From Anaerolineae bacterium (GTDB taxonomy: Bacteria; Chloroflexota; Anaerolineae; UBA1429): DNA of 64,000 bases. How positions within the stretch are numbered: position 1 is the stretch's first letter; each line of letters begins with the position of its first letter. The stretch spans positions 1,568,001 to 1,632,000 of the forward strand of contig OY776562.1 of the NCBI GenBank assembly GCA_963675785.1, in the 5' to 3' direction. The translations under genes were made by a program, and so were the position numbers. Positions 9,540 through 19,414 of the stretch are shown here, one piece after another. Below the pieces are notes generated by a model. That model saw only the letters and a program-made list of their open reading frames with translations, was not told the DNA's origin and made no database searches.

Positions 9540-10448
9540 TCAGTTCATGATGCGAGGCACGTTTTCGCCCTGCACCTTTTTGAGATGAATGCCCACATAC
9601 CAGCCGGGCATCAGCCTGACACGCTTGCGCTTGCCGGTTACCAAACGCACATAGGCATAGGTGGTGGAGGTGGTATCCCCCTCGTCATCGGTGCTGGTGA
9701 CAGTGCGGATATCTTCTACGGTGCCCTCCCAAGCCGATGATTTTTGTACAATCGTGACGATAAAAGAGATCGCCGCTGCCAAGCAAAGGCCCAGTGACAA
9801 GAAATACCATTCGTCCATGTCGGCTGCTATCGCGATGATGCTTCCTATGACAATGACTGCGCCCCAAATGAGTACACTTGTAATGATCGTCTTGGCTAGC
9901 CAACCGCTGGGTGCAGGCGCATCAGCTTCTGCAGCGCCATAGCGGTTTTTCTTGGCTTTGGCCGTGGTATCCCCCAATTGAGCCGGACCATCGCCCTGTC
10001 GTGCCTTGGCACGCAAACGGTCTGCCCCAGCAGTGCTGCTGCTCTTTTGTGCGGTCATGCTGCGACTGGAAGCACCGCTCACCACGCCACTGCCTGATTT
10101 GGAGGACATGATGCGTGTTGACGACGCAGAGGGCCGTACAGGATCAGGTATGACGGCAGTCGGCGAATCAAAGACGGGGGCATCAGTCGCATCGAGATCG
10201 GCTGGAATAGGTGGAATGCCGCCATCTTCCCCAGGCTGCTCAAAGGCGGGCGGCGTAGCCGCCTGCCAGGCGTTTCCATCCCACTTGACCCAACGGCCGC
10301 TGTGGGGCGCACGTGTCCAGATGTTGCCGTTCTCATCCTCAACCTGCAATTTGCCCACTTGTTCGCGAAAGTCATCCTGGCTAAGGGTGCCATCTCGCAC
10401 CAGCTCGGCGAGCATCTTGTACCGTTCATCAAGTTGGTAGAAATCCAT
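9540..10448 (-). CDS. hypothetical membrane protein (N-terminal Trp-rich domain, low-complexity linker, 2 TM, C-terminal small beta domain)
   Basis: Start MDFYQ at 10448 after GAGGGAG; the ORF-track extension overlaps the divergent gene. Confidence 0.7.
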   Translation of the reverse strand: MDFYQLDERYKMLAELVRDGTLSQDDFREQVGKLQVEDENGNIWTRAPHSGRWVKWDGNAWQAATPPAFEQPGEDGGIPPIPADLDATDAPVFDSPTAVIPDPVRPSASSTRIMSSKSGSGVVSGASSRSMTAQKSSSTAGADRLRAKARQGDGPAQLGDTTAKAKKNRYGAAEADAPAPSGWLAKTIITSVLIWGAVIVIGSIIAIAADMDEWYFLSLGLCLAAAISFIVTIVQKSSAWEGTVEDIRTVTSTDDEGDTTSTTYAYVRLVTGKRKRVRLMPGWYVGIHLKKVQGENVPRIMN

Positions 10449-10622
10449 GCGATCTCCCTCTATGTAGGTTGAACAAATTGTAGAGATAAGCGCTCCTTGC
10501 GCATTATAGCAAGGGATGCACAAAATGCCTAGAGACCTTTTCATAGGAAGAAGTATGGGGCATAATAGGGACAGCCTTGAATTGCCCATTGCACCCCGGG
10601 CCCTCACAGGAGGAACGTACTC

Positions 10623-10898
10623 ATGCCTGATGAACTGGTCACCGTCTATGCCTCGCAAGGCCCCATGCAAGCCGAGGTTATCAAGGGCCTGCTCGAAAGC
10701 ATGGGCATCCCCGCTATTCTGCACTATCAGGCCATCGGCCAAATATACGGTATCACCGTCAACGGTGTAGGCCGGGTTGAGGTGCAAGTGCGCCCGCAAG
10801 ATCAGGGTGCCGCCCGCGAGATCATTGCTGCCGAACCTGATTTCTCCGAGTTCGACGAGCAAGTTGACGAGGGAATCAAAGATGATGGAGAGGAATGA
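10623..10898 (+). CDS. DUF2007-like putative signal-transducing protein
   Basis: AEVIKGLLESMGIPA..VEVQV..AREII; AGGAGG RBS. Confidence 0.75.
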   Translation: MPDELVTVYASQGPMQAEVIKGLLESMGIPAILHYQAIGQIYGITVNGVGRVEVQVRPQDQGAAREIIAAEPDFSEFDEQVDEGIKDDGEE

Positions 10899-11865
10899 TT
10901 CGCGCCCAGCCCTGTGGATGCGTCTGATTGGCTTGTTAATCCTATCCATCGGATTGGTGGGGCTGTATTACGGCCCGCTAGAGATCTATTGCTTTTACAT
11001 GTTCTCTCCCGGCGGCGTGTTGGAAATGACAAATTTCAACATTGGCACGCTGATGTTCACCTACCTGGCCATTCAGAACATGGGCTATTACGCCGTGGCT
11101 GCTCTGGCACTGCCAATGGGCATCGGTATCATCCGGGGGCGCGCCTGGGCCCGTCGGTTGGGTGTTGCCGCCTGCGTTTTGTGGCTCATTTTGGGGACCA
11201 CGCTACTGGTGGAATACGCCGTTCTATTACCTTATCTACGCGATAGCATTGAACTCGGCACGCTGCTACTGAGCGGAGCAGGCGTGCTGGTGTTGGGACT
11301 ACTCATCCCACTGGCTCTCATTGGAGTATTGCACCTTCCCTCTGTCGAGAGGAACTTGGAGAACAATGGCAAGAATGGTCAGGCTGGATTGGGTATAGCG
11401 GCCTTGACGGCCATCTGCCTGAATGTGATTGGCACATTGGTCATTCACGGCGCTGTATTCGCCCGGGGTGCCGTACCAGCTTTTGGTGAGTGGATCAGTG
11501 GCCGCGAAGGTGTTTACATTCTATCGGGGCTCTTTGTGGTTTTGGTCGTGCTCATTTGGGGGCAAGCAGAAGGAAAATTCTGGGCATCGTTAGCTAACTT
11601 GCTGGCCTGGGGCGCGGCTGGAGCCTCTTTAGGAATGACCGTTTGGGGTCAAAGCCTATCCGATCTGCTGATAGCCATTGGCTTTGGCAGCCAAGAGATA
11701 AACGAGCTTTTGCCCCAAGCTGATACGTTGTGGAATATGCCCATGACGCCATTGCTGTTGGTGCCTTTTGCTTCCATGCTCGTTCTACAGATTTGGGGGA
11801 TGTACGAACGGCGACAGGCTCGACGACGGGCGCAAGCCGCCCAAGTCAGACGATTGAGGGGCTGA
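10885..11865 (+). CDS. hypothetical multi-pass membrane protein
   Basis: About 8 hydrophobic segments; overlaps both neighbouring genes. Confidence 0.7.
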   Translation: MERNDSRPALWMRLIGLLILSIGLVGLYYGPLEIYCFYMFSPGGVLEMTNFNIGTLMFTYLAIQNMGYYAVAALALPMGIGIIRGRAWARRLGVAACVLWLILGTTLLVEYAVLLPYLRDSIELGTLLLSGAGVLVLGLLIPLALIGVLHLPSVERNLENNGKNGQAGLGIAALTAICLNVIGTLVIHGAVFARGAVPAFGEWISGREGVYILSGLFVVLVVLIWGQAEGKFWASLANLLAWGAAGASLGMTVWGQSLSDLLIAIGFGSQEINELLPQADTLWNMPMTPLLLVPFASMLVLQIWGMYERRQARRRAQAAQVRRLRG

Positions 11866-12293
11866 TGGAACTCGTAGAGGCGTTGCAACAAGTCAGTCTT
11901 CCTTCTGGTGTGAGCATACAGGCATTTCAAGAAGAACATTTTGAGGCCCTACAAGCTCTATGCCAAGCCGAGGGATGGACATCCTTCATTCATAGACCGG
12001 ACGAGGCCCTTGCAGCGCTGCTAAACTCGCAGGTGGCCCTGGTCGCGTTCAAAAATGACCAGGTAGTAGGTTATCTTCGGGCCATCAGCGATGGCTTTAT
12101 CACCACCTATCTGGCCGAGATTTTGGTGAACCCAGAAGCCAGGGGGCAACACATCGGCAGCCTGCTGTTGGACGTTTGCCACGCGATGTACCCACGTACT
12201 CGTATCGATCTGCTATCCACCGAATTGGCCGGTGGCTTTTATAAAGGCTATGGTTTCCGAGAGTATTCTGGCTTTAGAAAAAGCTATGTGTGA
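11865..12293 (+). CDS. GNAT N-acetyltransferase
   Basis: ILVNPEARGQHIGSLL, FYKGYGF; TGATG coupling to the upstream gene. Confidence 0.88.
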   Translation: MELVEALQQVSLPSGVSIQAFQEEHFEALQALCQAEGWTSFIHRPDEALAALLNSQVALVAFKNDQVVGYLRAISDGFITTYLAEILVNPEARGQHIGSLLLDVCHAMYPRTRIDLLSTELAGGFYKGYGFREYSGFRKSYV

Positions 12294-12409
12294 GGCGATA
12301 CTCTAGAATTCGAATTCGTTTAATTTGCCGAGGTACCTTTTCTTTTTGTGCGCCTTCAGGTATGATGCAAGTAATGCTGGTCGGGATGGTTTGGTTGTTC
12401 CATCAGACC

Positions 12410-12457
12410 GGAACCTTTTTCACGTAGCAACGTTCCCTTTACGATAGCAACGTTCCC
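12410..12457 (+). promoter_or_regulatory. candidate ECF sigma promoter and 13-bp direct repeat
   Basis: GGAAC-N16-CGTT at 12410-12434; TAGCAACGTTCCC at 12425 and 12445. Confidence 0.45.
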
Positions 12458-12529
12458 TGCTACAGCGACGCCCATTAACCGTGATTACACCTGTTGCACC
12501 ATTGCATGAATGACCTCAGGGGGAAAACC

Positions 12530-13087
12530 ATGAAGCACCGGCATGTCTCTGTTCTAAAGATAGTTACTGCAACGCTTGTACTGTGCGCCGCCATGATTGG
12601 CGCCAGCAGTTGCGACATGCTTGGCCTGGGCGAAACAGGTCCAGTGGCTACCAACACGCCGCCCCCAACGATTCGCATCATCCCTACATGGACACCCATA
12701 CCTACCGCAACGGTTCGCCCCACCGAAACACCCGTGGTCAACACTGAGCTGGAAGGCTGCAACCTGGACGCTACCTATCGCGATGACGTCACTATCCCCG
12801 ACGGCACCGTATTGGCAGCTGGTGAAGAATTCACCAAGACCTGGGCCGTTGAGAACAGCGGTGATTGCGCCTGGGGTGCTGGCTTTGAGCTGGTCTGGGT
12901 CGAAAAGACTCAGATGGGCGATGTTGTATCCGTTCAGGTGCCAGAGGCTGAGCCTGGCGATGTCATCCAAATTTCAGTGCCCCTAGTGGCGCCAGCAACA
13001 GCCGGAGAATATCAAAGCTACTGGCAGATGCGGGTCAACGGCGAAGTGTTTGGCGACAAGATCTATTTGATGATCGTTGTAGAATAA
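12530..13087 (+). CDS. lipoprotein with NBR1-Ig-like domain
   Basis: Signal ending in Cys, PT-rich linker, DVTIPDGT..FTKTWAVENSG..W..YWQMR. Confidence 0.85.
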   Translation: MKHRHVSVLKIVTATLVLCAAMIGASSCDMLGLGETGPVATNTPPPTIRIIPTWTPIPTATVRPTETPVVNTELEGCNLDATYRDDVTIPDGTVLAAGEEFTKTWAVENSGDCAWGAGFELVWVEKTQMGDVVSVQVPEAEPGDVIQISVPLVAPATAGEYQSYWQMRVNGEVFGDKIYLMIVVE

Positions 13088-13098
13088 ACACTGCACAT

Positions 13099-13135
13099 AA
13101 AAAAGAGAGTCTGACAAGTCAGACTCTCTTTTTTT
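13099..13135. terminator. bidirectional intrinsic terminator
   Basis: AAAAAAGAGAGTCTGAC-AA-GTCAGACTCTCTTTTTT between convergent genes. Confidence 0.88.
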
Positions 13136-13138
13136 GTT

Positions 13139-13828
13139 CTAGTTGGACGACGTATGAATGCGCTGCTCAATCTGCGGCGCCAGCCAGTTGGCCAATGCGG
13201 CAGTAGAACGGGTTTGCAGCAGCAAACGCCCCGGTCCGCGGAACTCGGCCACCAGCCCCTCACCAGAAAAGACCGTACTGGCCAAGCCGCCCACGGCGCG
13301 CACGTTGTAGGTCAGATCGGCATCCCAGGCAACCAAGTGTCCGGTGTCCACAGTATAAACCTGGCCAGCACTCAGTTCGACCTCATGGATGGCGCCATAG
13401 GAAGAAAGCAACAGATGCCCTTCGCCTTCACAGCGCAGCACAAACAGGCCTTCGCTGGCGAAAAAGGTCTTGGCGCCGCCCCACTTGGTATCCACATCCA
13501 CGCCACCCGAAGAGGCGACATACGAACCAGATTGCACCAACAGCGGCCTGCCGGCCATCTCATAGGCAAACATATCGCCGGGCAACGCCGGGGCGACTGT
13601 TACCTCGCCGCCAGCTGCCGAGGCCTGAAAGTCGTTGACAAAAAAGCTCTCGCCACCCAGCACGCTACGTTTGAGAGCCTTGAACAAACCGCCGGCCGCC
13701 TTGGTTTGAATGGTAACACCTTCGGAATAGGAGACCATGGCGCCCGCTTCTACGCGAACCTGCTCATTGGGCTCCAGATGAATAACCCCCAACGAATAGG
13801 AGGGACGATACAAAATTTCAGTGTTCAT
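13139..13828 (-). CDS. TIGR00266/AIM24 family protein
   Basis: EAGAMV, GGESFF, VDTGHLVAW, SGEGLV..GPG..QTR. Confidence 0.9.
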   Translation of the reverse strand: MNTEILYRPSYSLGVIHLEPNEQVRVEAGAMVSYSEGVTIQTKAAGGLFKALKRSVLGGESFFVNDFQASAAGGEVTVAPALPGDMFAYEMAGRPLLVQSGSYVASSGGVDVDTKWGGAKTFFASEGLFVLRCEGEGHLLLSSYGAIHEVELSAGQVYTVDTGHLVAWDADLTYNVRAVGGLASTVFSGEGLVAEFRGPGRLLLQTRSTAALANWLAPQIEQRIHTSSN

Positions 13829-15303
13829 GCTTGCTCCTGTTTTTCATAGACCAGCCGCCCTTCGATACGGCTGATGGCGTTTTGATGCTCGCGCAAGTAT
13901 TCCTGGATGACGTCGCGCATGGAGGTAGCCACCACCCGAGGGGACGATACGCGACTCAACTCCTCCAGGGTTACGCCCAGTCCCTCTTGACAGTGGCGCA
14001 CGTGGTAACCCTGCAGCACGAGCGAATACAATTGCTCATCCTCGACACGGCGTCCATTCACGCTCAGGTCTGTAACGCACGAGACAGAGATATCATAGCG
14101 AGCCCGTACGCTGCTGTTTACCTGATAGAATTCGCCGCGATGAATGGCCACCTCTGGTTCCATAAAGTAGGCAAAAATGCGCTTGAGCAGCTCTCCATTG
14201 ACCGTGAACCAGTTGAGAGAATCTTCAAAGGGATAGCCGGAAAGCAGTGTGCTCATGTTCACCAAGGGACCCATGCGCTGCAGGCGAATGGAACCCGAAC
14301 CCACCAGCACCACATCGCAACCGGTCATCCAGGCGATGGCATCGGCCGTCAGGTTGCCCACGGTGGTCTCTTGCCAGCGGCCGGGATGGGTCAATTCACG
14401 CCCCAGCTTGGCTACAATGGCGTTATAGCGGCGATCGTCCTCTCCGCCCAACGACTCGCAATAGATGGGGAATTCCTTATCCACCGGCGCGGTGTCTTCG
14501 TTAATGGGCACCAATGACCACCTATAGTCGGCGATACGGTTGATCTCGTCATCGACCTCGAGATCAAAACGGCCGATTTGGGTGATACCTTCCCCGGCCT
14601 GGGCAATGAGGATGTCGTTGACCATGGCCGGCTCGCGCAGTACCGTGCCGGTATGCCCGCCGATGATCATGTCCACTCCCCAGGTAGGATCAAGCATGGC
14701 GGCCAGGCGCAAATCCTCTTCGAACCCGATATGGGTGAGGATGATAGTAAGATCGATATCCTCGGTGTTGTAGGCGTTGGTGATGCGGCCAATTTCGGCG
14801 TTGGCCTGCTCCAAGCTGAGGGTTGGCGCCAAACCAACTTCGCGAGGTATGCGCTCAATAGCTTGGGCCGTGATGATACCAATGACCAAAATGGCCAACC
14901 CGTCCCGCCGAATGATGTGGTAAGGGCGCATGAGCCGTTTGTGGTAGGGCTGGATGTAGAGGTTGGCGTTGACGATGGGGAAATTGGCTACTTTTTCCAG
15001 AAACAAGAGCTGTGGCAAGCCGTAATCAAACTCGTGATTGCCCAAAGTAGCCACATCGGGCGCCAAGTAATTCATGATTTCCACCGTCGAGATGGTGCCC
15101 GGGGCGGGATTCATGACGTTGCCTTGGAGCATATCGCCAGCCACGGCATAGATGACGGCATCATTGTCCTGGCGTTCGCGGCTGATATAGCCCGACAACA
15201 GCGAAAGCCGATGGATGAGCTCGGCACGCTCATCACGCATGGCGCGGTCGAAATCTTCGTGCATATCATTGGAATGCAGAATGGTGAGCTTTTTTCGGGT
15301 CAA
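13825..15303 (-). CDS. bifunctional metallophosphatase/5'-nucleotidase
   Basis: ILHSNDMH, AGDMLQG, LGNHEFDYG, THIG, IIGGH plus C-terminal domain. Confidence 0.9.
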   Translation of the reverse strand: MTRKKLTILHSNDMHEDFDRAMRDERAELIHRLSLLSGYISRERQDNDAVIYAVAGDMLQGNVMNPAPGTISTVEIMNYLAPDVATLGNHEFDYGLPQLLFLEKVANFPIVNANLYIQPYHKRLMRPYHIIRRDGLAILVIGIITAQAIERIPREVGLAPTLSLEQANAEIGRITNAYNTEDIDLTIILTHIGFEEDLRLAAMLDPTWGVDMIIGGHTGTVLREPAMVNDILIAQAGEGITQIGRFDLEVDDEINRIADYRWSLVPINEDTAPVDKEFPIYCESLGGEDDRRYNAIVAKLGRELTHPGRWQETTVGNLTADAIAWMTGCDVVLVGSGSIRLQRMGPLVNMSTLLSGYPFEDSLNWFTVNGELLKRIFAYFMEPEVAIHRGEFYQVNSSVRARYDISVSCVTDLSVNGRRVEDEQLYSLVLQGYHVRHCQEGLGVTLEELSRVSSPRVVATSMRDVIQEYLREHQNAISRIEGRLVYEKQEQA

Positions 15304-15476
15304 GGGGTTCCCTCCAATTCCTGCATAATCTACGACAACCAGGCGAGACAGGTTGCAACCGCTCGCCGCCTCATTATATCACCCTGTAAGCCTTGACGCC
15401 TGCTATAAAAGCCTTTTATATTGGTTAGGCAATTGTTAAGATCAGCAACGCCAAGCTCACCCAAGGAGGCCCACCC

Positions 15477-16160
15477 ATGTTGCCCACACCTCCCGTCGGT
15501 CAACCGCGTGCGCGACTGATCCGCGCCCTAGCTTCGGCCGGCCTGCTCCTCAGCCTGGCCGTAACACTCGCTGGCTGCTGCGGCGTTATTCAGGATGCCG
15601 TCGGCGGTCTGGTGGATATCACCGTAACCACCGCCACCCCAAGCGCGCCAGCCAGCCCCGCGCCCTATGAGGACGACACGCCCTCACCAACAGCTACGCC
15701 CACGCGCGATCCGAATCAGCTCAGCGATCGCAGCCGCATTCTGGATATCTATGGCTATCCAGATACATTCACGGCAGCCTTTAGTCCAGAAGAAGATCTA
15801 CGCATCGAAGCATGGAATTTCTATCAGCAGGGCGTTACCTGGCTGTTCAACGACGATACCTGCACCGGCTTTGATGTTTGCCCGCTGAGCGATTACTTGC
15901 CACCTTACTATACACTGATACCCGACGACGTGGACGCTGACACTACGCTGAACGACCTTGCAGAGTGGTTCCGAGAGGAACCGGAAGCTGGTCTCATTCT
16001 CGACGGCGCGCTCGCCACAGAACTAGGCGGCGAAGACCTGGCTGTGTACTGGTTCGGCGATGGTGTGATGGTCATATGCGAAGGGGAGATGTTACGCTAT
16101 GTAAGCACCACCAGTGTGGCTCAACCCGTCGTTGCCTTGCCAGAAGGAGAGGAGGGCTGA
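15477..16160 (+). CDS. hypothetical lipoprotein
   Basis: Lipobox LAGC, PT-rich linker, YGYPD; AAGGAGG RBS. Confidence 0.75.
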   Translation: MLPTPPVGQPRARLIRALASAGLLLSLAVTLAGCCGVIQDAVGGLVDITVTTATPSAPASPAPYEDDTPSPTATPTRDPNQLSDRSRILDIYGYPDTFTAAFSPEEDLRIEAWNFYQQGVTWLFNDDTCTGFDVCPLSDYLPPYYTLIPDDVDADTTLNDLAEWFREEPEAGLILDGALATELGGEDLAVYWFGDGVMVICEGEMLRYVSTTSVAQPVVALPEGEEG

Positions 16161-16161
16161 G

Positions 16162-17541
16162 ATGAGACTAGATTCACTTGCAGAACGATGGCAAAAGACC
16201 CTTCAGGGACGGCGGATCCTACGTGCCGCCCGACTGCACCCCACTCCGATAATTGATCTGGTTAGTATTCTGGCCATTGCCGGGCTTATCGGCGCACTCA
16301 TTGCCACTGGCGAAGCCGCCTATACAAAGTACCAGTCGAATCAGGCCGTTGCCGCCGCCGAGCAAATGGTGGCCTCTTTTGAAGATCGGCTGGGCCAACT
16401 GCAGGCCGACGACGCACCCGCCTATCAGATTCGCTTTGCCCAAACCCGGTTGGATGCCGCTAACACCCTGCTCAAGCGCATCCGCGCCGACGAACGCGCC
16501 TATCTGGATGCTTATGGGGAAGGGGCTACGCAAGCGGCGTTAATCAACTATATCAAGGGCAAGCTCATTACCTCGGATTTCCTATCGGCAGCTGAGAATG
16601 CCTTTAATAACGCCGTAGGGCTATCCAACGCCTACAGCGCCAAGCCCGGTGAGATTCAGCAGAACTATGAGAACGCCGTGACCCGCCTGTTGGGCAACGA
16701 CACTACCCTACAAGGGGATGCACTGGATCGTTATATCGCCGTGGCTGAATACCAAAACTTGGTACGGCTACTGCAGGCCAAGGGATACAATCCCAACGAC
16801 CCAGCCTTTGTGAACACGGTACGTCGCTTTGCTCAAGATTATTATATGGGAGATGGCGAAACGCCACCCCCGGCTCAGGTGCGTACTATCATGGATCAGC
16901 TCATTGCTGAGACCTACGGCCTGCCCATGCCCGACGACGTAGAGGGTGAATCCACCGATTGGATGACGGTTGAGCTGCCCGATACGCTGGTGGAACAAAC
17001 CGACCTGATCTTTCCTGATACGGACAGCGACTTGATTCCCACACCCTACACCCAGCCCACGGTGGCTGAAACACCAACAGAGTCGGTCGAGGTTGAACTG
17101 GGTGAGATACCCGATTTATCAGCATCGTATCACGCATTCTACCAACGCTGCCTTGACCAGTATAACGAATGCATCGATCGACGTTGCGCCATGATGGGCA
17201 ACGTCAGCAGTTGTAGCTGGTATTGTCCCGAATTCAGTGCCGAAGCACCGGGGCTCATCTATGATAGTAGATGGTGGTGGATGGACCCATCATACCATTC
17301 GTGTGCTGAAGCAGCGGGGGATCGCTATCTGGCGGCACTACAAGTTGATGTGGAGGCGTTCTTAGCCGGAACTATAGATGTTACGGACTATATGATTAGT
17401 GGAGAAACCATCCTTGAGACGCTCCGCTCAGAAATTGCAGCTTGCCGGGCTACTGCCTGCCAGAATAGCTGCACGGCCAACGGACAGGTCGGCGTATATA
17501 CCGGCACGCCGAACATTGACGATCGTTGCGATTGCCAATAA
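16162..17541 (+). CDS. hypothetical membrane-anchored protein with Cys-rich C-terminus
   Basis: One TM, helical segment, acidic linker, 11 Cys in the last ~135 aa. Confidence 0.7.
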   Translation: MRLDSLAERWQKTLQGRRILRAARLHPTPIIDLVSILAIAGLIGALIATGEAAYTKYQSNQAVAAAEQMVASFEDRLGQLQADDAPAYQIRFAQTRLDAANTLLKRIRADERAYLDAYGEGATQAALINYIKGKLITSDFLSAAENAFNNAVGLSNAYSAKPGEIQQNYENAVTRLLGNDTTLQGDALDRYIAVAEYQNLVRLLQAKGYNPNDPAFVNTVRRFAQDYYMGDGETPPPAQVRTIMDQLIAETYGLPMPDDVEGESTDWMTVELPDTLVEQTDLIFPDTDSDLIPTPYTQPTVAETPTESVEVELGEIPDLSASYHAFYQRCLDQYNECIDRRCAMMGNVSSCSWYCPEFSAEAPGLIYDSRWWWMDPSYHSCAEAAGDRYLAALQVDVEAFLAGTIDVTDYMISGETILETLRSEIAACRATACQNSCTANGQVGVYTGTPNIDDRCDCQ

Positions 17542-17559
17542 GTCAGAGGTGTTCTTAAA

Positions 17560-17593
17560 GTAAAGAGCGGTGGATGACTCCACCGCTCTTTAC
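17560..17593. terminator. bidirectional terminator
   Basis: GTAAAGAGCGGTGGA-tgac-TCCACCGCTCTTTAC. Confidence 0.8.
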
Positions 17594-17606
17594 ATATACA
17601 TGCTTA

Positions 17607-18581
17607 TCAGGTCACTTCGAGATAAGCTGGCATGATGGGAAGACCGATGGGCCGCGCACCTTTGGCTACATTACGCACGTACTCTGCCGCCGGAGTGCAA
17701 TCAGCGTCGAGTAGAGCTATCATGCAGGCATCCCAGGCGGTCTGCTCGGTTCTGCCATTGTTACAGAACCAGTTTTGCACGGCGCGGGAACCGGGTACTA
17801 AAGGAAGCGCGAGTTCTTTCGAGCCCTCGGGCGCCAGCCAGGCTACCATAGACGCCGCAGCCTCGGCGTCAGCAGCCAAGAACAGAATCACTTGCGGGCT
17901 TGTTCCATGGCGAGGATGCAAATTGTAGCGCGCATAGCCGACGATTTGACCAGCGCGTTCGAACACGCTGGCTCGTATATTACTCGTGTGGCTCATCCAG
18001 CCCAAAAGGGAATCACCGGGATCCACGGCCAGGTCCACATCAACGAACCAAGTACGCCAGAGTTTGGCCAAAGCTGGCGCATCAGCGGCCACAACGGGAT
18101 GCGTCTCTAAGGTTATGGGCGCAGGAACGACGGATACTGTTACATTGCATGCGCCAAACATGCGCGGCTGATAGCCAAACCGCGGATAATAGCTGGGATG
18201 GCCCCAAAGAAAAGAGAGGGCATAACCACGCTCGACGGCTCGACGATGCCCCTCGCGCATCAAAAGGGTGCCCACACCCTGCCGCTGCCAATCGGCAGCA
18301 ACTACCAAAGGGGCCAACAGCACAGCAGGTACAACCTCCCCGCCGATGTACATGGTCAAGGGATTAAAGAGGACCTGGCCGATAACGCGATCTTGCACAC
18401 AGGCCGCCAGCGCCAGCTCAGGGTCGAACTGTGGATTATGTCGAGCCATATCTACTAGCGCCACCTCGGGAACAAAATCGTATGCGGGTGGCATGGCCGT
18501 GCCTGGCCCAAAAGCCCGCGCGTTGATCTCGGCAATGCGACTATAATCAGCGGGTGTCTCGCTGCGAACTAGAATGTTCAT
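17607..18581 (-). CDS. GNAT N-acetyltransferase (YhbS-like, with C-terminal extension)
   Basis: LAPLVV..WQRQGVGTLL, GHPSYYPRFGY; GAGGAG RBS before ATG 18581. Confidence 0.85.
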   Translation of the reverse strand: MNILVRSETPADYSRIAEINARAFGPGTAMPPAYDFVPEVALVDMARHNPQFDPELALAACVQDRVIGQVLFNPLTMYIGGEVVPAVLLAPLVVAADWQRQGVGTLLMREGHRRAVERGYALSFLWGHPSYYPRFGYQPRMFGACNVTVSVVPAPITLETHPVVAADAPALAKLWRTWFVDVDLAVDPGDSLLGWMSHTSNIRASVFERAGQIVGYARYNLHPRHGTSPQVILFLAADAEAAASMVAWLAPEGSKELALPLVPGSRAVQNWFCNNGRTEQTAWDACMIALLDADCTPAAEYVRNVAKGARPIGLPIMPAYLEVT

Positions 18582-18713
18582 GCGACTCCTCGTGTATTGT
18601 TTCGATGCCTTCAGTATAGTCCTCTGCCGCACCTGTACCACTCCGCAAACGCTGTATGGTCAGGCGCTGCAACAGTTTTTGTTCATGTGGTGAACGCTGA
18701 ATAGACTCTCGTT

Positions 18714-19352
18714 TCATGATACCCTCCCTTTACTACCATGCTTGGCAGTCAGACGCTGACGCAAACGTTTGCGCGCTGAATAGATACGGCAATAAGCGGC
18801 GTTGGGGTTGAGTAATTGCAGCTCTCGGGCAATTTGCACCCCAGAATAGCCCATGACCACACGCATATACAGAGCGCGGCGATCCAAAGCTGGTAGCTCT
18901 GCCCAGGCCTCGTGCAGGGCATCCTCCAGCTCGGAAGAATCCGCCTCGGGCACCTCAATGAGTGCCTCCAGGGCATGGTATGACAGGCGTTGAGCGTCAC
19001 CCTCACCCACATAGGCATCGAGGGCCAACACAGTAGGATCGACAGGCTCTTCGGGTGGCTGCCATAAACGATAGGGCTTGCGACGGATGATGCGCCGAGC
19101 ACCGCCCCACAGCACGCTACGCCAGCGCTCCCACAGCGGCTCGAGGTCATCGCAATTGCCGCCCTCTTGCAGCCAACGGCGCACGGTATCATGAAACTCG
19201 ATATAGAGATCTTGCAAGAGGTCATCGCTGGTGTAAAGGCCGCCATCGCCGCGATTGAGGCGGTGCATGGTGCGCCCACAACAGCGCAGGGCCGTGGCGC
19301 GGGCCTGCGGCCAGAGCTGATTGACGATTCGGGTCAGAGCATTGGTAGGCAT
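18714..19352 (-). CDS. sigma-70 family (ECF-like) RNA polymerase sigma factor
   Basis: Region-2-like DDLLQDLY and region-4 HTH LPALDRRALYMR..GYSGVQIAREL..RIYSARKRLR; AAAGGAG RBS. Confidence 0.72.
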   Translation of the reverse strand: MPTNALTRIVNQLWPQARATALRCCGRTMHRLNRGDGGLYTSDDLLQDLYIEFHDTVRRWLQEGGNCDDLEPLWERWRSVLWGGARRIIRRKPYRLWQPPEEPVDPTVLALDAYVGEGDAQRLSYHALEALIEVPEADSSELEDALHEAWAELPALDRRALYMRVVMGYSGVQIARELQLLNPNAAYCRIYSARKRLRQRLTAKHGSKGRVS

Positions 19353-19414
19353 GTTGCTGCTCCTTTCGTATCGGCCTCACGGCCGATCTTCATGCAACAC
19401 GTGCAAACACAAAC

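Noticed and set aside
9088-10949. N-terminal extensions in the ORF track (7916..9400, 9540..10949; also 27205..28260, 43641, 46065, 58709)
   Set aside because: They overlap other genes or leaders; downstream ATGs with an RBS or paralog alignment give better starts.
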